A stretch of 61,219 bases of DNA. Origin: a virus (taxonomy: Duplodnaviria; Caudoviricetes). Each line of letters starts with the position of its first letter. The first letter of the stretch is position 1. Below, one piece after another: positions 38,471 to 47,691 of the stretch. The notes beneath the pieces were generated by a model. It searched no databases. It saw only the letters and a program-made list of their open reading frames with translations, and was not told the origin of the DNA. A program made the position numbers and the translations under genes. Location: IMG/VR virus record IMGVR_UViG_3300017788_000001, positions 1 through 61,219 of that record; one strand, written 5' to 3'.

Positions 38471-38854
38471 ATGATTAAAATGCCGAAGGAACTGAAGCAG
38501 CGCTGGGTAGACGCACTGCGTTCTGGTAAGTACAAGCAAGCGCAAGGTGCACTGAAGAAGGACGGAGGCTATTGCTGTCTCGGTGTTCTGCAAATGGTAG
38601 TTGATGGTGAGGTGGAAATGGATCTACGAGAGGATCGGTACGGCGAAGATTACGCAGCCTCCGCCTGTTTGCCGTCGGAAGAGTGGTGCCAAAAAAATAA
38701 GATAGAGCACGATAAGTGGGAAATCCACGAGGTTGTAGAAGATTCGTATGGTAATGAAGATGATTATTATGACCTCCCTTCTTTGAACGATGAGTCATGC
38801 CTATCTTTCAAAGATATTGCAGGCATCATTGAAGAGCAGGTGGAGGGCGTATGA
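38471..38854 (+). CDS. hypothetical protein, paralog 1
   Basis: WVDALRSG.Y.Q...CCLGVL...ND...F..IA. Confidence 0.75.
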   Translation: MIKMPKELKQRWVDALRSGKYKQAQGALKKDGGYCCLGVLQMVVDGEVEMDLREDRYGEDYAASACLPSEEWCQKNKIEHDKWEIHEVVEDSYGNEDDYYDLPSLNDESCLSFKDIAGIIEEQVEGV

Positions 38855-39192
38855 TTCGCATGCCACAATGGATGAAAGACAAGTGGGTTGCTGCCCTTAG
38901 GTCCGGTGAGTATGAGCAAGGTCACCATAGGCTAAAAACAGGATATGGATACTGCTGCTTAGGTGTCCTGCAGCACAGTCTTTACGGAGATGTTGAACGA
39001 CACAAGAATGGAGCGTCTAGGCCTACACCTTCCCCTAAGTGGTGTACGGATAATGGCGTAGAATTTGAGCAAAGAACTAGTCCATGGGTTCCTAGTAATC
39101 TTAACATAAGCTTGGTGATTTTGAATGACCGTGGAGAGGCTACCTTTGACCAAATCGCTGATATCATCGAGAAAGGTGTAGAGGGATATTGA
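38851..39192 (+). CDS. hypothetical protein, paralog 2
   Basis: Same motifs as 38471..38854. Confidence 0.75.
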   Translation: MIRMPQWMKDKWVAALRSGEYEQGHHRLKTGYGYCCLGVLQHSLYGDVERHKNGASRPTPSPKWCTDNGVEFEQRTSPWVPSNLNISLVILNDRGEATFDQIADIIEKGVEGY

Positions 39193-39194
39193 TT

Positions 39195-39449
39195 GTGTCT
39201 AACGACTACGACGAGACGATAGACTACAATCTATCCGAGCGCGACTACAGCCTGCTGATCTCGGCGGGCTTCCGCAGCCAAGGACTATACTGGGACTTGA
39301 TGTGGGCTAGCGATACACAGGGTAACATCTGGCAAGCCTCTCTCGACGAGCACGAGCTTGTTCAGTTCTACGCCCACGGCCAAGACATGAAGCGGGAAAG
39401 CTCGCGATGCATGTTACGGTCTGAGTTCTGCCAATTGTTTGGAGTGTGA
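39195..39449 (+). CDS. hypothetical protein
   Basis: GAGGG RBS; GTG start. Confidence 0.5.
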   Translation: MSNDYDETIDYNLSERDYSLLISAGFRSQGLYWDLMWASDTQGNIWQASLDEHELVQFYAHGQDMKRESSRCMLRSEFCQLFGV

Positions 39450-39450
39450 T

Positions 39451-39672
39451 GTGAGTGTTAACTACAATAAGGTGTTAAAAGTTCAGCTGAAGAAAGTACA
39501 GGAACACGCTGATGCTTTATACAAACTGGTCTCGCAGAGCTGCCCGGACGGTAACATGTTTCGCGGGGAAACAGAGCAAGACAAGCGAATAGGCCAGGCC
39601 GTGTGGCACGCTCATGAAGTGAGCAAGTACCTGTCAGCGGCTCTGTACAACATAGAGAAGCGAGATGAATAA
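39451..39672 (+). CDS. hypothetical protein
   Basis: GGAG RBS; GTG start. Confidence 0.5.
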   Translation: MSVNYNKVLKVQLKKVQEHADALYKLVSQSCPDGNMFRGETEQDKRIGQAVWHAHEVSKYLSAALYNIEKRDE

Positions 39673-40201
39673 AATTGTATCGCGCGCCATGTCCGCCGGG
39701 AGGGTGGATAAGCGGACGCCGATTGCGTGGGCGGAAGATTGTGACTACGGGCGCGGGTACTCGTTCGCCGAGGAGTTTTTCGAGGCGTTCCCGACGTTCC
39801 CGAACCCGCCCGCCGACCCCGCCAAGGCCAGCGAACACGAGCGGGACATGTTGGCGAACGCGATCCGTGACGCGGCAATCAAGGCCGGAATCGCCCGCGA
39901 AGATGTTGTGTTGACTGGCCCTCACCTGCTGATGCTGTGCGACGACCTTGCAACCGCAGCCAAGGCCGGCGGCAGCGCGCCGGAGGTGACGGACCACGAT
40001 CTCCATCACGCGACATCGGCCGTCATCAACGATCCACACCACAATGGTGGCGCGGCTTGGCAATGGCAGCGCGGCGTCCTGCATCACAAGAGCGTGGGTC
40101 ACTCGAATTGGGTGAAGGTTTCCAGCATGAGTCCGACGCCGAAACGGATTCTTGCTATCTCCGCCGCCCTCACCGCAGCCCTGCAGGAGAAGAGCCCGTG
40201 A
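39665..40201 (+). CDS. hypothetical protein (178 aa), GC-rich cassette
   Basis: LTGPHLLMLCDD motif; coupled. Confidence 0.65.
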   Translation: MNKIVSRAMSAGRVDKRTPIAWAEDCDYGRGYSFAEEFFEAFPTFPNPPADPAKASEHERDMLANAIRDAAIKAGIAREDVVLTGPHLLMLCDDLATAAKAGGSAPEVTDHDLHHATSAVINDPHHNGGAAWQWQRGVLHHKSVGHSNWVKVSSMSPTPKRILAISAALTAALQEKSP

Positions 40202-40404
40202 GCAGCAGGACATGCAAGTGTGGGGACGCAAGAGGGCACGCAAGAGCGGTCGAGTCCGCTGTATTTCAGGCCCTGCAGAACGCATGCGCACATCCGGAGC
40301 GAGAAGGCTACTGGCGCGCACACGCAGACAGGCTTGAGCGCAAGTTCATCACGGAACACGGTGCACACATGTACGAATTCACGAAGAAGGAGCCGCAGCC
40401 ATGA
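40198..40404 (+). CDS. hypothetical protein (68 aa)
   Basis: AGGAG RBS; GTGA/ATGA overlaps. Confidence 0.5.
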   Translation: MSSRTCKCGDARGHARAVESAVFQALQNACAHPEREGYWRAHADRLERKFITEHGAHMYEFTKKEPQP

Positions 40405-41045
40405 GCAGCAAAGGCCTGGATGCGCTGGTCCTCCGTCTGAAAATCCATGCGGACGAACTGGCCGCACGAGGAAACGGATCGGTGAACGACCGTTTGGAAA
40501 TCGACCTGCGCAACGCTTCGCGCGAACTCGCCCGCCTGCAGCCGGCGCGGGTGCCGGAGGGGTGGATGCTGGTGCCGCGTGAGCCGACCAAAAGCATGCT
40601 GGATGCCGCCGACAGGGTTGGTGACTGGGGGCAAGACGCCCTGAGCATGCCGTACGACAATGGAAACGGCGGTGAAATATGGGATGCCATGCTCGCCGCC
40701 GCCCCTGCGCCCGACCATTCCGAGCAGGCCCTCGATATGGTCGCTGCGCCAACCCCCGGCGACTCGCTGCACGGGGGCGACGCTCACGCAGACGCCCGGT
40801 GCGCTGCGCTGCAGGCCGAACGCGACGCAGCATGGGCTGAGTATCATAAAAGTCAAGAGGCGGCGATTCGGCTTAAGTGCGAAGCGGACATGGCGATACT
40901 GGAACGCGACGCGCTCGCTGCGGATGCTAGGCGGTATCGGTGGCTGCGGGACTTGCCCATCGGAAATGAGTACGAGTACATCGGGAACATGCCCGGCGAT
41001 ACTTGGGATGAGCTGATCGACGCGGGCATGGAGGACGACTCGTGA
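40401..41045 (+). CDS. mosaic hypothetical protein (214 aa), GC-rich cassette
   Basis: VPEGWMLVPREPT..M, W.AMLAAAP and DARRYRWLRD segments typical of proteobacterial temperate-phage accessory genes. Confidence 0.7.
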   Translation: MSSKGLDALVLRLKIHADELAARGNGSVNDRLEIDLRNASRELARLQPARVPEGWMLVPREPTKSMLDAADRVGDWGQDALSMPYDNGNGGEIWDAMLAAAPAPDHSEQALDMVAAPTPGDSLHGGDAHADARCAALQAERDAAWAEYHKSQEAAIRLKCEADMAILERDALAADARRYRWLRDLPIGNEYEYIGNMPGDTWDELIDAGMEDDS

Positions 41046-41205
41046 TACAGACATTCGGGATTAACACGCAGGGGACAGACTACGTTGTCGCTACGAGAAC
41101 GTCACTTACATTGACACAGGTGCGGTGTTTGGCGGGCCTATGACAATCTTAAATCTGAACGCCCTATTCACGGATTCACCTCAAGTTCAGCAGCAATCCG
41201 TATAA
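41042..41205 (+). pseudogene. internally deleted Ser/Thr metallophosphatase (NinI-like) remnant
   Basis: N-terminus MIQTFGINTQGTDYVV joined out of frame to C-terminus NVTYIDTGAVFGG; catalytic core absent. Confidence 0.6.
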
Positions 41206-41215
41206 TGTGTTTCAT

Positions 41216-41336
41216 GGGATGAATGCGCAGGCTGATGCGCTTGGGTTATGAACGTAGACTGCTTAGCAGAAACCGGCTTGGACCCGGGTTCCAGATCGTA
41301 GACGCGACAAGCCGGAGATCAGCACCGGCCATCCCT
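41216..41336 (+). ncRNA. tRNA-shaped RNA with complementary loops
   Basis: TATAAT at 41201; GGGATG/CATCCC closing stem; GCGCA-GGCTGA-TGCGC and GCCGG-AGATCAGCA-CCGGC hairpins. Confidence 0.6.
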
Positions 41337-41360
41337 CCTTACATAAAAGGAATCATATGA

Positions 41361-43265
41361 GTGAGTGATTTGCCGTGGTTCATTACAGACCCTCTACGCG
41401 CCATTGATCGTTACATCACTCCCGGCAAGTACATTGTCCTCGACTTCGAGACAACAAACGTCGAGAGAGGGACACCGATTAACGATGAAAATTTCATCGT
41501 GCTGGCAGCGTGGTATGTCGTAGAGGGCGATCGCGTTACAAAGAAATACAAGTTTGCCGATCAGTACGGACAGGCAGAACTAGAAGAAGACATCCGTGCT
41601 GCCGACTTCATCGTCGCGCACAACGCCAAGTTCGAGCTTGGCTGGATTAGGCGTATGGGGATGGAGCTTCGCGACATTCTCTGTTACGATACATTCCTAG
41701 GTGAGTGGGTACTTGGCGGTAACACGTTCAAGCCATCCGATCTAGGACTAGATGCATCTGCCGCGCGATACGGCATAGGCACAAAGATCGCCTTAGCTGG
41801 TACGATGGTGAAGGGCGGTGTATGTCCAACAGAGATTCCGAAGAGATGGCTGTTGGACTACTGCTTTCAAGATGTTGAGCTTTCGTATCAGCTATTCAAG
41901 AAGCAGATAGCTTTGCTGCAAGAACGTCAGTTGATGCACATCGTTCTGGTGCGTAACCTGACGTGTGCTGTTCTGGCAGACATCGAATTCAATAGCTGCG
42001 AGCTGGACCCTGAACGCGTGCTCAAGGAATATGACGCCACCGTAGCGGAGTACAGGACGATACAAGAGAAGCTGTCCGTCGTAGCAAGTGGCGCCAATCT
42101 ACGCAGCGGGGCACAGCTAGCCAAGCTGTTGTACGAGACGCTGGGGTTTAGTCCACCCATCGATCCCAAGACGCGCAAGCCTGTCAAGACAGCGACAGGC
42201 AGGCTGTCCACCAACGCAGACACGCTGAAGAAGCTGAAGGTAGAGACACAGGCGCAGAGAGAGTTCATCGAGCTGTACACACGGCAGAACACGCTGGCAG
42301 CCCTGTTGTCCAAGAACCTAGAGTTCTTCAAGGGTGTCGTGACAGACTACGACGCCAAGTTCGTAGGCGTATTCAATCAAGGATTCACCGGCACGCACAG
42401 ACTGTCATCATCTGGCAGACCGCTAAGCTTCAAGGGTAAGAAGAAACTATCCGCCGCACAACTGCAAAATCTTCCACGAATATACAAGAAGTTGTTTTGG
42501 GCGGAGCATGCTGATTACCTGATCGGAGAGGCAGATGGAGCACAGCTGGAGTTCCGTGTAGCCGCAGAGCTGAGCCGTGATCCTGTGGCTATAGCTGACA
42601 TCGAGAACGGAGAGGACATCCACAGCCACACAGCCAAGGTCTTGACTGACGCAGGCGAGCAGGGCTTCAGGGAAGCGGCTCCAAAGGAACGTAGACAGAT
42701 GGCGAAGCCTCAAACATTCGCCCCTCTCTACGGAAGTTCAGGGAAAACAAAAGCAACAAAGGCTTACGCGAAGTTCTTCCGGGAAAAGTACAACAGTCTT
42801 TTTGAAGAACAAACGAGATGGACTAGAGAGGTACTAAACACCGGAAAGCTTCGCACTTCTTACGGGATGATCTTCTATTGGCCCGGCACTCGGATGAGTT
42901 CCACTGGCTACATAGACAACACCACGCAGATCTACAACTTCCCTATTCAGGGAATGGCGACTGCAGAGATCATTCCTATAGCACTTGTACACTTCTGGCA
43001 TCGTACCAGAGACCTCCCCATACAAGTGTGGAACACCGTACACGATAGCATCGTGTCTCGTATTCACAAGGACTACGTGAGTGCGTACGAGGAAATAAGC
43101 AAGCAGTGCCTCACACACGACGTATATGAGTTCTTGCGCGTTGTGTACAACTACGACTTCGTTGTCCCACTGGGTGTGGGCGTGAAGGTAGGCAAGCACT
43201 GGGGTGAGGGTGAAGAGAAAGTCTGGTCCGTGTGGCCAGACGGAAGAGAAACACTAAAACAATAA
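41361..43265 (+). CDS. family A DNA polymerase with 3'-5' exonuclease
   Basis: LDFET, HNAKFE, T.RLSS, QN.P, DGAQLEFR, RQMAKPQTFAPLYG, NFPIQG and VHDS. Confidence 0.95.
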   Translation: MSDLPWFITDPLRAIDRYITPGKYIVLDFETTNVERGTPINDENFIVLAAWYVVEGDRVTKKYKFADQYGQAELEEDIRAADFIVAHNAKFELGWIRRMGMELRDILCYDTFLGEWVLGGNTFKPSDLGLDASAARYGIGTKIALAGTMVKGGVCPTEIPKRWLLDYCFQDVELSYQLFKKQIALLQERQLMHIVLVRNLTCAVLADIEFNSCELDPERVLKEYDATVAEYRTIQEKLSVVASGANLRSGAQLAKLLYETLGFSPPIDPKTRKPVKTATGRLSTNADTLKKLKVETQAQREFIELYTRQNTLAALLSKNLEFFKGVVTDYDAKFVGVFNQGFTGTHRLSSSGRPLSFKGKKKLSAAQLQNLPRIYKKLFWAEHADYLIGEADGAQLEFRVAAELSRDPVAIADIENGEDIHSHTAKVLTDAGEQGFREAAPKERRQMAKPQTFAPLYGSSGKTKATKAYAKFFREKYNSLFEEQTRWTREVLNTGKLRTSYGMIFYWPGTRMSSTGYIDNTTQIYNFPIQGMATAEIIPIALVHFWHRTRDLPIQVWNTVHDSIVSRIHKDYVSAYEEISKQCLTHDVYEFLRVVYNYDFVVPLGVGVKVGKHWGEGEEKVWSVWPDGRETLKQ

Positions 43266-43275
43266 CAGGAGACAC

Positions 43276-43830
43276 ATGCTAGTACAAGGCGTTGTTCAAA
43301 ACATTCAAGCTCGTCAGACGAGCGTCGGCACTATGTACGACATCATCGTTGACGGTCAGTCGTACGGGAACGGTAAGTACGCCCCGCGTGATATTCAGGC
43401 AGGCGACACCGTAACGTTCACTGCCGAGATCAAGGGGAATTACAGGAATGTTGGACGCGGTACCCTGCGTAAGCTGAGTGCTCAAGCTAACACGGGCTCT
43501 GTTCCTCAGCCTTACTCGCCGCAGGCTGCTCCACAGCCTGCTACCAAGCAGCCAGCGGTAGTGTTCGATGATCGGCAGGCTGTCATCAGCAAGCAGGCAG
43601 CTCTCAACACGGCCCTTACGATGGTGGAAATCCTGCTCAGCAAGGACGCTGTAGCTCTGCCGAAGGCGGCTGCTGACAAGGCTCCGGCTATCGAAGCTCT
43701 TCTGGCGAATTACGTGGACAAGTTCCATACGTTCTCTACAGGTAAGAGCGCCAAGCTTGCGACGGATGGCATCACTGATAGTGGCGACGCTCCGTTCGAG
43801 GACGATGCTCTACCTCCGCTAGGCGGTTAA
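43276..43830 (+). CDS. putative single-stranded DNA-binding protein
   Basis: OB-like N-terminus, acidic PFEDD tail, position after the polymerase. Confidence 0.55.
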   Translation: MLVQGVVQNIQARQTSVGTMYDIIVDGQSYGNGKYAPRDIQAGDTVTFTAEIKGNYRNVGRGTLRKLSAQANTGSVPQPYSPQAAPQPATKQPAVVFDDRQAVISKQAALNTALTMVEILLSKDAVALPKAAADKAPAIEALLANYVDKFHTFSTGKSAKLATDGITDSGDAPFEDDALPPLGG

Positions 43831-43831
43831 T

Positions 43832-44044
43832 GTGAGCGTCGGGCTCATGGTGGGGGCCGGTCTAGTAGGACTGGCCCTATTAGTGGCTTACGTGTGGGGG
43901 CGTATTGTGGGCAGTAGAAAAGATGTCTATCACGACAGAGAGTTCAAAGAAGGGCTGGACGATCGTCATGTCTCGCCTCGCGCGCATCTTGCCGCTATTA
44001 GAGAAGCAGAGCGTATTTTAGGGAGGCAGCGTGACGACAGCTAA
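43832..44044 (+). CDS. small membrane protein (70 aa)
   Basis: N-terminal transmembrane segment. Confidence 0.55.
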   Translation: MSVGLMVGAGLVGLALLVAYVWGRIVGSRKDVYHDREFKEGLDDRHVSPRAHLAAIREAERILGRQRDDS

Positions 44045-44315
44045 CGACATCTTAGACGAGGCGGCCGGGATGCTCAGTGCCCGAGCCAACGACAGGGACC
44101 AGCCTGACGGTGAGCGCAGCATGGGCAAGATTGTTGAATGCTTCAACATTGCAACAGGGCACAACCTGTCCGAACGTGACGGCTGGCTGTTCATGGTGTT
44201 TCTCAAGGCTGTAAGAGCCGCGACCACACCGCAAGGAAAGCTTGACGACTATGTTGATGGGGCTGCATACTTCGGCCTAGCCGGAGAGGCTGGACACAAA
44301 GGAGGTGACGTATAA
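44031..44315 (+). CDS. DUF6378-like hypothetical protein
   Basis: ERSM...FN...GW.FM..LK..R...DDY.D..AY. Confidence 0.65.
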   Translation: MTTANDILDEAAGMLSARANDRDQPDGERSMGKIVECFNIATGHNLSERDGWLFMVFLKAVRAATTPQGKLDDYVDGAAYFGLAGEAGHKGGDV

Positions 44316-45314
44316 CAACGCCATGGAGCAGTATTGGGCTAATTACGTACAAGCGTACATACGCTAGGACGAACGAAGATGGCGTTGTCGAGGACTGGCC
44401 TGACACAATTGAGCGAGTGATTGCAGCATCTGACACACAGCTGAACGTAGGGTTCACGGATGAAGAGAAGGAAAGACTGCGTGGCTACATGACGCAACTC
44501 AAGGGCACTGTCGCTGGTAGATTCCTGTGGCAGCTGGGCACTAGCACGATTGACAATCTCGGACTTCCTTCCCTGATGAACTGTGCAGCAGTTGTCGTTG
44601 ACTCCCCCGTCCGCCCGTTCACTTGGACATTCGAGAAGTTGATGCTGGGGTGTGGTGTAGGATTCAACATCCAGAGAGAGAACGTAGACAAGCTTCCTCC
44701 TGTATTCTTTGGATTCAAACCGCCCATTCGTCAGGACGACAGCAGTGCAGACTTCATTGTCCCTGATACTCGCGAAGGCTGGGTCAAGCTTCTTGAGCTG
44801 ACGTTGGAGAGTGCGTTCTATGGAAAGCGCCCCACACCGTTCACCTATTCAACACAGTTGATTAGAGGTAAGGGTGTCCCCATCAAAGGATTTGGCGGGG
44901 TGGCTAGTGGACCAGAAGACTTGTGCTGGGGCATCGAGAAGATCAGTCAGATCTTGATGAAGCAGGCCGGTAAGAAGCTGCGTCCCATCCACTGCCTCGA
45001 CATCATGAACATCATCGGAAGTGTCGTGGTGAGTGGTAACGTCAGGCGATCTGCACAAATCGCTATTGGTGATGCCACGGACATCGAGTATCTGAAGTCG
45101 AAGCGCTGGGACTTGGGAAGCATCCCCAACTGGCGTGCGATGTCTAACAACTCTGTTGTCTGCGACGACATCAACACATTGCCCGACGAGTTCTGGGAGG
45201 GGTACAACGGCAAGGGAGAGCCATTCGGTTTGATCAACCTAGAGCTGTCAAGGAAGTGCGGAAGGATTGGAGATGAGCGTTATCCTGATCCTGATGTGAT
45301 AGGCTACAATCCGT
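44312..45314 (+). CDS. nrdJ: class II (B12-dependent, monomeric-type) ribonucleotide reductase, exon 1; apparent ATA start
   Basis: TPWS...TYKRTYAR, AGRFLW, LMNC, G.GVGF, GG.ASGP, V.SGNVRRSA and GYNP. Confidence 0.9.
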
Positions 45315-46147
45315 TAAAGTTAGCGGCCTTGCTGAGTAATCAGCATTGAATAATCAATCAAAAACGGTGAAAGTCCAGACCGGGCAATGCCGTGCCAATC
45401 CGATATGGAAGGTGTAACGACTATGAGTGATCCTAAAGAACTAATGAAGCGCGTCTCTTTTATGGTAATGGGAGATGGCGGTGTGTACAGAGGCGGCAAA
45501 GAGCACTACTTCGCCATGAACATGCTAAAGAAGAATATCGATTACGTCGAGTATTGCAGAAACACGCTGAGCGAGATCACAAACGCGACAGTGTACGAAC
45601 GCACTATCAGACCAGAAACAGACGGATTCCTGAGACAAGATCAAGTAAGGTTGCAGACTAGTTCTCACCCTTACTTCTCTAGAATCAGAGAGCGTGTGTA
45701 CGTTGACTCCTACAAGGGTCTTGATCCACACGCTATGAAACTTCTTGATCCAGAAGCGCTAGCTATCCTCTATATGTGTGATGGTAGTTGCTACACCAAG
45801 AAGGCAGGAGTCAGTCGCCTTGTAAACAACAGTTATTCAGTGAGTTTAAATATGAAGAGACTGTCATACGGCGACCAATTGTTTCTGAAGCGGGCACTAA
45901 GAGATAAGCTAGGGCTGGAATGGAATGTGAACAAGCACGGTTCTTACTGGTACCTACGTCTGAGGACGAAAGACATACCTGCTTTCTCTGCTATGATCGA
46001 ACCTTTCATCTTTGATAGCTTTAGGTACAAGCTCCCTTGGTTGAGATCCTCGCCAGAGGATCGTGAGATAGTCTGTTCCGTGCAGGAATGTGCGGAGGTT
46101 GACGGAAACGATCAGCCCCTGCTCGCAAGAGCAGAGTAACAATAAAG
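45315..46147 (+). mobile_element. group I intron in the RNR gene (833 nt)
   Basis: P1 CCGU/GCGG, P2 TGCTGA/TCAGCA, P3 TCAATCA/TGGTTGA, P7 GACTA/TAGTC, P8 GATCCTC/GAGGATC, terminal G at 46147; removal restores NPCAEQ. Confidence 0.92.
45423..46139 (+). CDS. intron-encoded LAGLIDADG homing endonuclease
   Basis: SFMVMGDG and LAILYMCDG motifs; start could be 45387 or 45423. Confidence 0.85.
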   Translation: MSDPKELMKRVSFMVMGDGGVYRGGKEHYFAMNMLKKNIDYVEYCRNTLSEITNATVYERTIRPETDGFLRQDQVRLQTSSHPYFSRIRERVYVDSYKGLDPHAMKLLDPEALAILYMCDGSCYTKKAGVSRLVNNSYSVSLNMKRLSYGDQLFLKRALRDKLGLEWNVNKHGSYWYLRLRTKDIPAFSAMIEPFIFDSFRYKLPWLRSSPEDREIVCSVQECAEVDGNDQPLLARAE

Positions 46148-47040
46148 GTGCAGAACAAAGCCTTAACAACTTCGAAACGTGTTGTCTGGCGGAAGTGTTC
46201 CTTCCGAACAGTGAGTCGTATGACGAACTGCTGGATGTGCTGACACTGTTGTATCGCATCAACAAGCACTCGCTACGCTTGCCTTGTGTCACTGCTCCTG
46301 AGACGGAGAAGATTGTCCACAAGAACATGCGTATGGGCATCGGGATGACTGGCTATCTACAGGCCACGGAAGAACAGCGTGGCTGGCTAGCGCCTGCTTA
46401 CGATCAACTCCGTAGCTTCGATGCCTACTACAGCGATTTGAAAGGCTGGCCGCAGTCGATCAAGTTGACCACGACGAAGCCGTCAGGTACGTTGTCATTG
46501 CTACCGGGTGTCACTCCGGGTGTTCACCCGGGCTACGCTCAGTACATGATCAGGCGCATCAGAATCTCCGCAGACCATCCACTTGTGGAAGTGTGCAGGA
46601 GTCACGGGTATCACGTGGAGTATCAGCGTAAGTTCGATGGAACGGACGATTACAACACTGTAGTGGTGGAGTTCCCGTTCAGCTATCCGGAAGGCACGGT
46701 GCTTGCTAAGGACGTGAGCGCTATTGACCAGCTTGAGTTTGTCAAGAGAATGAACACGGAGTGGAGCGACAATTCAGTCAGCTGCACGGTGTACATCAAG
46801 CCTGACGAGCTTGATGGCATCAAGGCGTATCTCGCCGAGCACTACAAGGACAACTTCAAGTCGCTCAGCTTCCTGCTACATCAAGGTCATGGATTCGACC
46901 AAGCTCCTCTTGAGGAGATCAGCAAAGAACGCTACGATGAACTCGTGGCAAACACTCGCCCCATCGTGAACACAGAGCTTACGACGTATCTGGAGATGGG
47001 TGATGATGAATGTGTGTCGGGCGCATGCCCTGTAAGATAA
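46148..47040 (+). CDS. nrdJ: class II ribonucleotide reductase, exon 2
   Basis: (C)AEQSL..ETCCLAE, TT.KPSGT.S, SVSCTV and C-terminal CVSGACPVR; 1003+893 nt = 632 codons. Confidence 0.92.
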
Positions 47041-47051
47041 AAGGAACAACT

Positions 47052-47204
47052 ATGCGTTACACTCTGATTAACAAGAACACTGGTAAGATTATGGGCGCTG
47101 GCAAGCTCAACTCCCGAGAGGCTGCTCGCAGCATGAAGCGTCGTCAGAAGAACCCCCTAAACTGGCGTATCATGGACGAGCGTAGCGGTCGCTACGTCCG
47201 CTAA
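47052..47204 (+). CDS. small basic protein (50 aa)
   Basis: AAGGA RBS. Confidence 0.6.
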   Translation: MRYTLINKNTGKIMGAGKLNSREAARSMKRRQKNPLNWRIMDERSGRYVR

Positions 47205-47214
47205 GGAGAACACA

Positions 47215-47361
47215 ATGTCCGATACTATTGGCTTCTTACGAGCAGCGGCTAGTCACTACAAGTCTGTGATAAAGTCGAAGTGGAACGCTTTGACCAAGAA
47301 AGAGAAGATTACTGCGGCTGTCGGTCTTGGCGCTGTAGTCATGCTGATCGTAATCTTCTAA
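47215..47361 (+). CDS. small C-terminally anchored membrane protein (48 aa)
   Basis: AAGGAG RBS; hydrophobic tail. Confidence 0.6.
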   Translation: MSDTIGFLRAAASHYKSVIKSKWNALTKKEKITAAVGLGAVVMLIVIF

Positions 47362-47370
47362 AGAGGTAAA

Positions 47371-47446
47371 GCGGGCATAGTTCAGTTGGTAGAACACAAC
47401 CCTTCCAAGGTTGGTGTCGTCGGTTCGAGTCCGACTGTCCGCTCCA
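47371..47446 (+). tRNA. tRNA-Gly(TCC)
   Basis: Cloverleaf; CAACC-CTTCCAA-GGTTG; TCCA end. Confidence 0.95.
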
Positions 47447-47450
47447 TTCA

Positions 47451-47538
47451 GGAAGCGTGAGCGAGGGGTTTATGCTAGAGCTTTGCTAAAGCTCCGGCCC
47501 GAAAGGGTCCGTAGGTTCGAATCCTACCGCTTCCGCCA
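47451..47538 (+). tRNA. tRNA-Ser(GCT)
   Basis: GAGCT-TTGCTAA-AGCTC; long variable arm; GCCA end. Confidence 0.95.
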
Positions 47539-47541
47539 TAC

Positions 47542-47618
47542 ACAGCGTTAGTTTAATTGGTTAGAACAACAGACTTTCAATCTGTACGATGCGGGTTCGA
47601 CTCCCGTACGCTGTACCA
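47542..47618 (+). tRNA. tRNA-Glu(TTC)
   Basis: ACAGA-CTTTCAA-TCTGT; GTTCGAC; ACCA end. Confidence 0.9.
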
Positions 47619-47622
47619 TTAT

Positions 47623-47679
47623 GGGGTAAGAAATTCAAGTGAGCTTGAATTCCTCCGTTCGATTCGGAGCACCCCACCA
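47623..47679 (+). ncRNA. 57-nt mini tRNA-like RNA without a normal D arm or anticodon loop
   Basis: GGGGT/ACCCC-ACCA, AATTCAAG-TGAG-CTTGAATT hairpin and T-arm CTCCG-TTCGATT-CGGAG. Confidence 0.7.
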
Positions 47680-47691
47680 ACAGGAAAACAA

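Noticed and set aside
47557-47691. N-terminal extension of the 100-aa ORF, and similarly 24832-24882
   Set aside because: Overlaps tRNA genes; better starts with RBS at 47692 and 24883
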